Positions 39,880-48,804 are shown, counted from the stretch's first letter. The stretch is 64,000 nt of DNA from Arenibacter sp. (GCA_040216555.1 JAVJOW010000010.1:32943-96942); one strand, 5' to 3'. Translations and numbers: made by a program. The notes: a model not told the origin generated them from the letters alone.

Positions 39880-40659
39880 ATGGTGAAGCTAAAACTACAT
39901 AATCAAATAGTGAAAATAGATGAAGGGGAACTGGTAGGCTACTTAGCGGACGGCCACGAGTATATTCACCAAAAAGGTAGCCCAGGATGGCGAAACTCGG
40001 ATACCGAAATGTTTCCAATAATAGGACCCACCAATGAGGCAAATTTTAGGGTCACAACCCCCAAAGGTACAGCTGTTCAGGATCAACATGGCCTATTGAG
40101 GGAAATGGCATACCAACTTGTTTCCGAAACCAATACCAAAGCCATCTTTAGGAAGCAATATGTTTCCAGTACCCCAATAAAGAACTCTAAATATCCCTCT
40201 AAATCCACGGAGGAATATTTGTCATGGCCATATAATTTTGAATTTACAAAGTCCTACGAGATTTTGGAAAACGGATTAAAAATTCAATTCACAATTACAG
40301 GAGAGGAAGGAATGCCCTTTATGTTGGGATATCATCCTGCATTTAAGCTATATTCGGAAAATGTCTCCATAAGAACGGCTCATCGTAACATTGCCCTACA
40401 GGAGGTACTGGATGTGGGCAGTAGGGCCTTAGCGGTTATGGACTGTAATTTCCTTACCTTAGTGGATGTTGGAGAGCTTAGTATAAAAACCGAAGGCTTT
40501 GGGAATTTTATGTTGTGGACAGAGGTTCCCAATATGCTGTGTATAGAACCTATTACCTTTTATCCCTATGCGGTAAGCCAGGAGAAATTACACAATGGAT
40601 TTCATACGGTAAATATGTCTGAAAATATTTTTTCGGTAATAATACAACCTAACATTTGA
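39880..40659 (+). CDS. Aldose 1-epimerase (galactose mutarotase-like) family protein
   Basis: MFPIIG, QHGLLR, GYHPAF and LCIEP. Confidence 0.82.
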   Translation: MVKLKLHNQIVKIDEGELVGYLADGHEYIHQKGSPGWRNSDTEMFPIIGPTNEANFRVTTPKGTAVQDQHGLLREMAYQLVSETNTKAIFRKQYVSSTPIKNSKYPSKSTEEYLSWPYNFEFTKSYEILENGLKIQFTITGEEGMPFMLGYHPAFKLYSENVSIRTAHRNIALQEVLDVGSRALAVMDCNFLTLVDVGELSIKTEGFGNFMLWTEVPNMLCIEPITFYPYAVSQEKLHNGFHTVNMSENIFSVIIQPNI

Positions 40660-40669
40660 TACGATAAGA

Positions 40670-41302
40670 ATGACAGAAGCATTACAATTACATTATGGTT
40701 ATCTTTTTGAACCAGAGTTGTTAGAGGAAATTAGGACGGTGGGCAGCTATAAAAAAGTTGATCAAGGTCAAACTTTAATGGAAATCGGTGACAATATAAA
40801 GTCCATGCCCTTGTTACTAAGTGGGGCTATTAAGGTTTTAAGGGAAGATGATGACGGCAATGAACTGTTGTTGTATTTTGTAGAAAAAGGGGATACTTGC
40901 GCCATGACTTTTTCTTGTTGTATGGGGAACAAAACAAGTGGCATTAGGGCCGTGGCCGAAACGGATACCGAATTATTGATGATCCCGGTGAGTTACCTGG
41001 AGACATGGATGGGAAAATACAAATCATGGCAGAGGTTTATCTTGGACAGTTATAATGCCCGTATGATGGAGCTTATGGAGACCATAGATACACTTGCTTT
41101 TCTACGAATGGATGAGCGGTTATTGAAGCACTTGCAGGATAAGGCCAAAGTAACCCACGATGATGTATTATATGCTACCCATCAAGAGATCGCCTACGAC
41201 CTTCACACTTCACGAGTGGTGGTGTCCCGGCTATTGAAAAAAATGGAGAATGATGGTAAGATAGAACTTTATCGAAATCAGATAAAGGTGCTGGATCTAT
41301 AA
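40670..41302 (+). CDS. Crp/Fnr family transcriptional regulator
   Basis: cNMP-binding fold (LLLSGAIKV...ELLLYFVEKGDTC) and C-terminal HTH THQEIAYDLHTSRVVVSRLLK. Confidence 0.92.
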   Translation: MTEALQLHYGYLFEPELLEEIRTVGSYKKVDQGQTLMEIGDNIKSMPLLLSGAIKVLREDDDGNELLLYFVEKGDTCAMTFSCCMGNKTSGIRAVAETDTELLMIPVSYLETWMGKYKSWQRFILDSYNARMMELMETIDTLAFLRMDERLLKHLQDKAKVTHDDVLYATHQEIAYDLHTSRVVVSRLLKKMENDGKIELYRNQIKVLDL

Positions 41303-41370
41303 TTTTTAATGTTAAGACTTGTTATTGAGAAGTTTAAGTGTTAAACTTGTCTTGGTAAAAGTAAAGATGT

Positions 41371-42549
41371 ATGAGGATTGGTTTTTGCAGGTATACCCTT
41401 GTCCTGTCCGTAATTTTAACGGGTTGTGGCAATTCTACCAAGAAAGGGGAAATAGATATGTCCCGGCCCAAGGAGATTGCCACAGTTGCGGCTCTACCTC
41501 AGATTATAAAAACACCGATAGGAAATCCCAATTCCAAGGAGAAGGAACTTTTAGGGAAACTTCTTTTCTATGACCCTATTCTTTCAGGTGGTAAAGATAT
41601 TGCATGTGCCAGTTGTCATCATCCCGCTACCGGATATGCGGAGTTCTTGGATCTATCTATTGGTGCAAATGGTCATGGGTTGGGAAGTAAAAGGGCGTTT
41701 AAGGAGCCCAACGCAATTCCCCTTATGAAACGCAATTCCCCCACCATTTTAAACACGGCATATAACGGAATACACGGGAAGGACGATTATGATCCGGAAA
41801 ATGCTCCCATGTTTTGGGACGACCGTGTAAAAAGTTTGGAAAAACAGGCTTTGGAACCCATCAAGACCTTGGAAGAAATGAAAGGTGTCCACATTGCCAA
41901 ATCCCAAATTTTAGCTGAAGTGGCAGCAAGACTTCAATCCATTCCTGAATACAAAAATCTTTTTGCAGAAGCTTTTGGTATGGATGCACCAATAGACAGT
42001 ATTCATATTGGCATGGCCATTGCCTCTTTTGAAAGAACTTTAGTGGCCAATAATTCCCGTTTTGATCAATATATGGCGGGAGATGTAAACGCCATATCCC
42101 ATTCGGAAAAGGAAGGCTTGGAACTTTTTAAATCGGTAGGTTGCATCAATTGCCATAACGGGCCTATGTTTTCCGACTATAAATTGCACGTTCTAGGAGT
42201 GCCGGAAAACAAGAAGGTTTCAGAACCCGACAGTGGATTCCAGGAAAGTTTTGCATTTAGGACCGCTTCTCTTAGGAATTTGCGTTTTACTGCGCCCTAT
42301 ATGCATAATGGTGCCTTTCAAAATTTAAAACAGGTACTGGAATTCTATGAGGATATTTCTTTTGGAAAAACACGAAATCCCTCGGTATCCAAGGAAATGT
42401 TCGATCCCCTTGTCAGGGAGCTGCAACTAAGTGTTAAGGATATGTCCTTGATCATTTCTTTTTTGAATACCCTTAATGATGACAATTTTGACAAGGAAAT
42501 CCCCGAAAAGGTCCCTAGTGGATTGCCTGTAGGCGGAAATATTCAATAG
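41371..42549 (+). CDS. Diheme cytochrome c peroxidase / MauG-family lipoprotein
   Basis: Lipobox LTGC; LGKLLFYD..LS, CASCHH, RNSPT, FWD.R, CINCH and APYMHNG. Confidence 0.88.
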   Translation: MRIGFCRYTLVLSVILTGCGNSTKKGEIDMSRPKEIATVAALPQIIKTPIGNPNSKEKELLGKLLFYDPILSGGKDIACASCHHPATGYAEFLDLSIGANGHGLGSKRAFKEPNAIPLMKRNSPTILNTAYNGIHGKDDYDPENAPMFWDDRVKSLEKQALEPIKTLEEMKGVHIAKSQILAEVAARLQSIPEYKNLFAEAFGMDAPIDSIHIGMAIASFERTLVANNSRFDQYMAGDVNAISHSEKEGLELFKSVGCINCHNGPMFSDYKLHVLGVPENKKVSEPDSGFQESFAFRTASLRNLRFTAPYMHNGAFQNLKQVLEFYEDISFGKTRNPSVSKEMFDPLVRELQLSVKDMSLIISFLNTLNDDNFDKEIPEKVPSGLPVGGNIQ

Positions 42550-42567
42550 TTGGTTGTTCCAGGATAA

Positions 42568-43446
42568 TTAATTGTATTTACAATCCTCGGGGTCAGATTT
42601 AATAAAGTACTTACGATAATTGGAGGCTTTGGGGTCCATACAACCCTTTAGGTTTTTTAATTCCACTTTTCTAAAGTCTATGGGCTGTCCTTCTGCCTGT
42701 AAAGCTATAAAACCTTCCTTTAATAATTTACCGTCGATTTTGACAGCGGGATCATATCGGTTGGCAACACCGCCCCCTATTTGTGGTTTGGTGTATTTCA
42801 ATACCTCGTCTCCATTTACTATATGAGTCACAAGGGAATCTCCCAAAACAATTGCCTCGGCACGTACCCATTGTTCTCCGAAATAGGTCTTGGAAGTAGA
42901 ATTTATACAGTGTCTTGGATCAATTTTACCTTCGTATACCACATCTGTTCCCGGGGAGCACATGTTTCCGGTGGGTCGCGATTTTCCTTCTTCCAATCCT
43001 GCCAAAAATTGCATTTCCACAGAAATGGGCCAATCCTGCTCCCTGGGCATGGTCCTGGGATCTTGGGAATGGAACATTACCCCACTATTTTTTATGGTAT
43101 AACTTGGGGCTCCCGGGTGCAATTCTCCTACAAAACGATATTCTATCACTAGATGATAATAGGAATATGGGGTGTTATAATACAGGTGGCCATAACGTTC
43201 ATTAAAATCGCCCTCATATTTATCATAGCGCACTTTTATGATACTGTCTTCTACCCTAAAGGTATCGCCATAATTGTCCCCAACTTCATAATGGTGAATC
43301 TTGGTGGTCCAATCATTTATATCCTTTTTATTGAACATGGAAATCCATCCGTCGTTTTTTTCTTCTGAAACAGATTTTACCGTGCTGCACTGGCAAAGAA
43401 GTAAAGCAGCTGTTAAACAACTTATGAATAAGAAGATTTTATGCAT
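42568..43446 (-). CDS. DUF1080 (3-keto-disaccharide hydrolase-like) secreted protein
   Basis: Probable start Met 43446; W..MFN.KD..DW, NSGVMFH, EMQFL and GFIALQAEG. Confidence 0.85.
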   Translation of the reverse strand: MHKIFLFISCLTAALLLCQCSTVKSVSEEKNDGWISMFNKKDINDWTTKIHHYEVGDNYGDTFRVEDSIIKVRYDKYEGDFNERYGHLYYNTPYSYYHLVIEYRFVGELHPGAPSYTIKNSGVMFHSQDPRTMPREQDWPISVEMQFLAGLEEGKSRPTGNMCSPGTDVVYEGKIDPRHCINSTSKTYFGEQWVRAEAIVLGDSLVTHIVNGDEVLKYTKPQIGGGVANRYDPAVKIDGKLLKEGFIALQAEGQPIDFRKVELKNLKGCMDPKASNYRKYFIKSDPEDCKYN

Positions 43447-43544
43447 ATTCCAAGAATTTATATGAATTGAGAGCACAAGATAAAATATTTAATGTTAGTT
43501 AGTACCAACTTCAATTGAAGTAATACGTGTAAAGGCTAAAATTC

Positions 43545-43560
43545 TGTAACCTTCGTTACA
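43545..43560. promoter_or_regulatory. Crp/Fnr-type operator candidate TGTAAC-CTTC-GTTACA upstream of sulP
   Basis: Perfect 6-4-6 palindrome; centre 29.5 bp before TAAATTTG (43582-43589). Confidence 0.7.
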
Positions 43561-43581
43561 TAGGAATAAGGTATTTAATAC

Positions 43582-43589
43582 TAAATTTG
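43582..43589 (+). promoter_or_regulatory. -7 element TAAATTTG for sulP
   Basis: Exact TAnnTTTG, 4 nt before the ATG at 43594. Confidence 0.55.
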
Positions 43590-43593
43590 GTGA

Positions 43594-45318
43594 ATGAGGA
43601 GATTTTTACCTTTTTTGGATTGGCTTCCAAAATATAACAAAAACCTTTTTGGAAAAGATTTGGTGGCGGGCATAACCGTGGGTATAATTTTAATTCCCCA
43701 AGGTATGGCCTACGCTATGATTGCCGGACTACCACCGGTTTATGGTTTATATGCCTCATTGTTCCCCATTACGGTATATGCCTTTTTGGGTACGTCCAGG
43801 CAAATTGCTGTAGGTCCCGTGGCCATGGATTCGCTATTGGTGGCTGCTGGATTGGGAACCTTGGCCATAACAGGAGTGCAAAACTATATTTTAATGGCAT
43901 TGTTCCTGTCCTTTATGATAGGGGCATTTCAGTTGGCCTTTGGTTTTTTGCGTATGGGCTTTCTGGTAAACTTTATGTCAAGGCCTGTAATTAGTGGATT
44001 TACCTCTGCTGCTGCCGTTATCATAATTTTTAGTCAATTAAAGCACTTACTGGGAGCGGATATCATTAATAGCAATAAATTTCACGAGCTGGTTATTAAT
44101 GCTTTTCAGCATTTATCGGAAACCAATATTTATGATTTCTCTATTGGGATAATAGGAATTCTGATCATTGTTTCCTTTAAAAAATGGTTTGATAGATTTC
44201 CGGCCATATTGTTGGTTGTTGTGCTAAGTACACTTATAGTTTACTTTTTTGATTTGGAAGCCTTTGATGTGCAGGTAGTTGGTGAAGTACCGGCAGGCCT
44301 TCCATCTTTTAATATTCATAGTTTTAACATGGAAAAGGTTAGGGAAATATGGCCTATCGCTCTTACCGTGGCATTGGTTGGATATTTGGAGGCTATTTCC
44401 ATTGGCAGGGCATTTGAAGAAAAAAATAAAGTGGAAACCATAGACCCCAACCAAGAGTTGATAGCATTGGGGGCTTCAAATATGATAGGTTCATTTTTTC
44501 AGTCCTATTCGGTTACGGCAAGTTTTTCCCGTTCCGCTATAAATTACGAGGCCGGTGCCAAGTCTACTGTGGCTTCGTTGATAAGTGTTGTTATGGTAGC
44601 TCTGACACTATTATTTCTTACCCCATTATTCTATAATTTGCCAAAGGCGGCACTGGCTTCCATTATTATGGTTTCCGTTTTTGGATTAATAGATCTTTCC
44701 TATCCCAAAAAATTATGGTACCAAAGTAGGGATGAGTTTATAGTTCTTTTGATAACTTTTTTAATTACCCTTGGCGTTGGAATTGTAGAAGGTATTTTAA
44801 TAGGGGTGTTGTTATCCCTGCTCCTTATGGTGTATAGGACCTCCAAACCTCATTTCGCAGTGTTGGGAAGTATTAAGGGGTCCGATTATTATAAAAATAT
44901 TAGTCGTTTTGGTGATGAGGCCGAGGTTCGTCCTGACCTTTTGATCGTCAGGTTCGATTCCCAACTTTATTTTGGGAATTCGGGCTATTTTAAAAGTGAA
45001 CTTTTCAAATTCATCAATGTCAAAGGCCGTTCTTTGAAGGCCGTGATTTTAAATGCTGAAGCCATTAATTATATAGATGCTAGCGCATCTACCATGTTGA
45101 TCAACGTTATTGAAGAAATCCACAACCGCAACATCGAGTTTTATATCGCAGGCGCTACGGGACCTATTAGGGACATAATATTCAAGAGCGGAATTATCAA
45201 CTGTCTACATAAAGAGTATCTTTTTGTAAAGATAAAGGAAGCCGTAGCCTACCATGATGATCCCAATACCATTCCCTTGCTCAGGGAGAGGGTAGCACAT
45301 CAAAATCAAAGTAACTAA
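43594..45318 (+). CDS. SulP/SLC26 anion permease with STAS domain
   Basis: DLVAGITV...IPQGMAYA, GLYAS, ELIALGASN, SFSRSA and C-terminal STAS (RFDSQLYFGN, INYIDASA). Confidence 0.93.
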   Translation: MRRFLPFLDWLPKYNKNLFGKDLVAGITVGIILIPQGMAYAMIAGLPPVYGLYASLFPITVYAFLGTSRQIAVGPVAMDSLLVAAGLGTLAITGVQNYILMALFLSFMIGAFQLAFGFLRMGFLVNFMSRPVISGFTSAAAVIIIFSQLKHLLGADIINSNKFHELVINAFQHLSETNIYDFSIGIIGILIIVSFKKWFDRFPAILLVVVLSTLIVYFFDLEAFDVQVVGEVPAGLPSFNIHSFNMEKVREIWPIALTVALVGYLEAISIGRAFEEKNKVETIDPNQELIALGASNMIGSFFQSYSVTASFSRSAINYEAGAKSTVASLISVVMVALTLLFLTPLFYNLPKAALASIIMVSVFGLIDLSYPKKLWYQSRDEFIVLLITFLITLGVGIVEGILIGVLLSLLLMVYRTSKPHFAVLGSIKGSDYYKNISRFGDEAEVRPDLLIVRFDSQLYFGNSGYFKSELFKFINVKGRSLKAVILNAEAINYIDASASTMLINVIEEIHNRNIEFYIAGATGPIRDIIFKSGIINCLHKEYLFVKIKEAVAYHDDPNTIPLLRERVAHQNQSN

Positions 45319-45325
45319 TGTTGCA
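45310..45325. promoter_or_regulatory. Crp/Fnr-type operator candidate AGTAAC-TAAT-GTTGCA upstream of the MBL-rhodanese gene (overlaps the sulP stop)
   Basis: Two mismatches to TGTAAC-N4-GTTACA; centre 29.5 bp before TACCTTTG (45347-45354). Confidence 0.6.
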
Positions 45326-45346
45326 TTTGGGGAGGTCTATATTATT

Positions 45347-45354
45347 TACCTTTG
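45347..45354 (+). promoter_or_regulatory. -7 element TACCTTTG for the MBL-rhodanese gene
   Basis: Exact TAnnTTTG match in the intergenic region. Confidence 0.55.
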
Positions 45355-45530
45355 TAAATAATGGTGATTTTCTATAAAAAAAAGTTTTGATTAAATTTTA
45401 ATCATCCCGCAAAAAAAATAAGAGTAAGCAATGAGCCATAATAATCTTGGATACCAAAAGTAATATAAAAAGGTAAATTAATCCCAATTGTTCTTGGGAG
45501 GGCTTATTAAAAACCAATAATTTTATACAG

Positions 45531-46940
45531 ATGAAAATAGAACAGATTTATACAGGATGTTTGGCGCAGGGTGCGTACTATATAGAAAGTAAAGGTGAAG
45601 TGGCCATTATTGACCCCTTACGTGAGGTTGAACCTTATATAAAACGGGCCAAAGACGATAATGCCTCCATAAAATATATTTTTGAAACACATTTTCATGC
45701 AGATTTTGTGAGCGGGCACATTACCCTGTCCAAAGAAACAGGTGCCCCTATAGTGTATGGTCCCACAGCCAATCCTTCTTTTGACGCCATAATAGCTGAA
45801 GATGGTCAGGAATTTATGCTTGGGGATATCACTATCAAGGCCTTGCATACCCCAGGGCATACCATGGAAAGTACCACCTATTTATTAAGGAATGAAAAGG
45901 GTAAGGATTATGCCATATTTTCTGGGGATACCTTGTTTTTAGGTGATGTAGGTCGACCAGATTTGGCGCAGAAGGCGGCCAATATGACCCAAGAGGATTT
46001 GGCCGGTTTATTGTTCAATAGTCTCAGAAACAAAATTATGCCTTTGGCAGATGATGTGGTGGTTTATCCCGCACATGGTGCTGGTTCTGCCTGTGGAAAG
46101 AACATGATGAAGGAAACCGTGGATACCTTGGGCAATCAAAAGAAAATGAATTATGCCCTACGTGCCAATATGACCAAGGAGGAATTTGTGAAGGAGGTTA
46201 CAGAAGGATTATTACCACCTCCAAAATATTTTCCGCTCAATGTAAAGATGAACAAAGAGGGATATGAGGATATTGGGGAAGTATTGGAAAGGGGTACTAC
46301 CGCGTTGTCCCCCGATGCATTTGAGGAGGCTGCCAATGCCACGGACGCGGTTATTTTGGATGTGAGACATCAGGACGAATTTGTAAAGGGATTTGTTCCG
46401 CGATCTATCTTTATAGGATTGGATGGGAGTTTTGCCCCTTGGGTAGGGGCCCTAATTGCTGATACCAAGCAGTCTATCTTACTGGTGGCTCCCGAAGGTA
46501 GGGAGGAAGAAACCATCATAAGACTGTCCAGGGTTGGCTTTGATGCCACTATTGGCTATTTAAAGGGAAGTTTCAAGGCATGGAAAAATTCAGGAAAGGA
46601 ATATGATACCATTACTTCCATTGCTGCCAAAGACTTGAAAGAAACTCTCGATAATAAAGAAGTTCCTGTTTTTGATGTTAGGAAAGAATCGGAATACCTT
46701 TCCGAGCATATGGAGAATGCAAACAACACTCCTTTGGATTTTTTAAATGACCATATGGCAGAATTTCCTAAGGAGGATACCTTTTATGTACATTGTGCGG
46801 GAGGATACAGGTCGGTTATAGCGGCATCCATTTTAAAAAGTAGGGGCATCCATAACCTAGTGGATATAGGAGGTGGCTTTGATCAGATAAAAGATTCTGG
46901 CTATAAGGTAACCGACTATGTTTGTCCTACTACGCTTTAA
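45531..46940 (+). CDS. MBL-fold hydrolase (persulfide dioxygenase-like) fused to two rhodanese domains
   Basis: ETHFHADFVSG, HTPGHT, GDTLFLGDVGRPDL, YPAHGAGSACG; C-terminal rhodanese YVHCAGGYRS. Confidence 0.9.
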   Translation: MKIEQIYTGCLAQGAYYIESKGEVAIIDPLREVEPYIKRAKDDNASIKYIFETHFHADFVSGHITLSKETGAPIVYGPTANPSFDAIIAEDGQEFMLGDITIKALHTPGHTMESTTYLLRNEKGKDYAIFSGDTLFLGDVGRPDLAQKAANMTQEDLAGLLFNSLRNKIMPLADDVVVYPAHGAGSACGKNMMKETVDTLGNQKKMNYALRANMTKEEFVKEVTEGLLPPPKYFPLNVKMNKEGYEDIGEVLERGTTALSPDAFEEAANATDAVILDVRHQDEFVKGFVPRSIFIGLDGSFAPWVGALIADTKQSILLVAPEGREEETIIRLSRVGFDATIGYLKGSFKAWKNSGKEYDTITSIAAKDLKETLDNKEVPVFDVRKESEYLSEHMENANNTPLDFLNDHMAEFPKEDTFYVHCAGGYRSVIAASILKSRGIHNLVDIGGGFDQIKDSGYKVTDYVCPTTL

Positions 46941-46943
46941 AAG

Positions 46944-46955
46944 TGATATTTATCA
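46944..46955. promoter_or_regulatory. FNR-like palindrome TGAT-ATTT-ATCA upstream of the 42-aa ORF
   Basis: 4-4-4 palindrome; centre 29.5 bp before TATTTTAG (46979-46986, one mismatch to TAnnTTTG). Confidence 0.4.
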
Positions 46956-47011
46956 TATTTTAAAGTTCTGTTTGTATATATTTTAGCCTACTGAATCTAA
47001 AATTAGTACCT

Positions 47012-47140
47012 ATGATTTTACAATACTTGCCATTAGTAAATTGGAGTAATGGAATAGTAATGATTGCTGTTTTTGGCGCTGTTTGTGTTGGTCTGGTTAC
47101 CGCCGTATTGATGTTGATGAACAGTGGTAAGAAAAAATAG
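47012..47140 (+). CDS. Small single-pass membrane protein (42 aa), not in the ORF track
   Basis: Manual translation MILQYLPLVNWSNGIVMIAVFGAVCVGLVTAVLMLMNSGKKK*: one hydrophobic helix and a basic tail. Confidence 0.6.
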   Translation: MILQYLPLVNWSNGIVMIAVFGAVCVGLVTAVLMLMNSGKKK

Positions 47141-47181
47141 GCTGGGTATTTCAAAAGTGTGAAATACCCAACTATGTTTCT

Positions 47182-48561
47182 TCAAAAGGAAAGAGTGGTG
47201 AAAGAAATGGCCTTGTTCGGGTTTTTTCTTAAATACCAAGACAGAATCCGTTTGGTATCCATATTTTCTTTTTGGAGTTCCAAAAAATTTTCCAAGGCGT
47301 CAATACTATCTATCTGCTCGTGCCGTGGTATGAAACCATAACCCTTGTATTTGTTGTTGACCACCAATACAAAGGCTTCTTCCTTTGTGTGTCTGCCCTT
47401 TTCCTTGATTACTAAATTCTGGTTTTTGTCCATCAATTCATCAATGGCCATTTTTACTTTGGTATTATAGTCCATAGGCGATTCCGTTCCCCTACAAATT
47501 CCGGTGCAGTTGGTGATACTATAATGGGAGCAGCTGCTAATATTTTCCTGTAGATGACAGAATTTAGGACATAAACCGTAGTTCTTGCATAGTTCCTCCA
47601 AGAACAACCTGCAATCCGTAATGGTGTTAAAAGTGGAAATTGGGTTGGGTGTCAATTTTAATTTGTTGTACGCCAAGTGTTGTATTCCGTTTCTATCTTC
47701 ATAGGAAAATATGGCGTACTCCGTTGGGGTGCGTTTCTGACTTTGATTGTACAATGGGAAATGTTGTTTTATAGCTGCCGATTCCATTAAAAGAGCAATT
47801 AGCTCGTTCCCGGATAATTCAAAATCAATGTCGTGCGTGGCCTTGCACATTAAAATTTCTTTATTGGCCTTGTCATAAAAATGCCCCAGCACCCGTTTTT
47901 TGATATCAACGGCTTTGCCTACATATATTATTGTTCCCTTTGCATCTTTAAAATAATAAATACCGGGGGAATTGGGCAGTCTTTCAAAAATTTCCTTGGG
48001 CAGCAATGGAGGTAAGGTGGCTTCCTGTGAGCGTGCATTAAGAAAGGATTTAAATACCTTTTCCGCACCATCGGACCTGAGTAGTTTTTTAAATAAAATC
48101 ACCGTGGCCTGGGCGTCCCCTTTGGCTCTGTGGCGGTCCGTTAAGGGAATATTCAAAGAGGTGCATAATTTTCCCAAACTATAGGAGTTTAAGCCAGGGA
48201 TAAGTTTTCTGGACAATCGAACCGTACATAATTTCTTGCGGGAAAAATTAATTCCGATATTCTGAAATTCATTTTTGATGACATTGTAGTCAAAGTTTAC
48301 GCTATGGGCCACAAATACAGTGTCCTGCGTTATTTCCAATACCTTTGAAGCTATTTCTTCCCAAATCGGGGCATTGCGCACCAGATTGTTGTCGATTCCC
48401 GTCAATCCCGCAATAAAGTAGGGAATTTCACATTCAGGGTTTACCAGGGAAGTATATTCATCAATGATTTCATAACCGTCGAATTTGAAAATGGAGATTT
48501 CAGTAATCTTATTTCCTTTTATCCCGTTTCCGGTAGTTTCTATATCAATGATGGTGTACAT
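47182..48561 (-). CDS. DEDDh 3'-5' exonuclease (DnaQ-like) fused to a GIY-YIG/UvrC(Cho)-like domain
   Basis: IIDIETTG, VAHSVNFD, HRAKGDA; GIYYF...IYVGKA..IKKRV; Cys-rich UvrC-like tail. Confidence 0.88.
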   Translation of the reverse strand: MYTIIDIETTGNGIKGNKITEISIFKFDGYEIIDEYTSLVNPECEIPYFIAGLTGIDNNLVRNAPIWEEIASKVLEITQDTVFVAHSVNFDYNVIKNEFQNIGINFSRKKLCTVRLSRKLIPGLNSYSLGKLCTSLNIPLTDRHRAKGDAQATVILFKKLLRSDGAEKVFKSFLNARSQEATLPPLLPKEIFERLPNSPGIYYFKDAKGTIIYVGKAVDIKKRVLGHFYDKANKEILMCKATHDIDFELSGNELIALLMESAAIKQHFPLYNQSQKRTPTEYAIFSYEDRNGIQHLAYNKLKLTPNPISTFNTITDCRLFLEELCKNYGLCPKFCHLQENISSCSHYSITNCTGICRGTESPMDYNTKVKMAIDELMDKNQNLVIKEKGRHTKEEAFVLVVNNKYKGYGFIPRHEQIDSIDALENFLELQKENMDTKRILSWYLRKNPNKAISFTTLSF

Positions 48562-48691
48562 GTAATAAGGTGCTGGACGTAACAGAACCTTAAAGTTATA
48601 GGAAATTGATTAAAATATGGGCCCCAACGGGTTAAATTTATTAGTGAAACTCAATTTTGAGAAGCCAGTAAGACGCACTGAAAATTGTAAG

Positions 48692-48804
48692 TTGAACTAA
48701 TCCCGCCTTTTTCGGCGGGATCTAGGTTCAATAACTCGACCCTTGGGTCGATTCCTATTATTGGGTTCAGGGCCTGCCTTTGTCGGCAGACAGGCTTGCC
48801 CTGA
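48692..48804. repeat. Cluster of three adjacent GC-rich palindromes (REP-like)
   Basis: ttgaac..atcccgcc/ggcgggat..gttcaa (48692-48731); tcgacc/ggtcga (48736-48751); tcagggc..cctgcctttgtcggcagacagg..gccctga (48767-48804). Confidence 0.7.

Noticed and set aside
46960-47239. Minus-strand ORFs 46960-47154 and 47033-47239
   Set aside because: They are antisense to the plus-strand 42-aa membrane ORF, which has the better composition and promoter context.
47182-48561. GIY-YIG domain as a homing endonuclease or mobile element
   Set aside because: It is fused to a DEDDh exonuclease in the usual repair-protein architecture, with no intron or terminal repeats.
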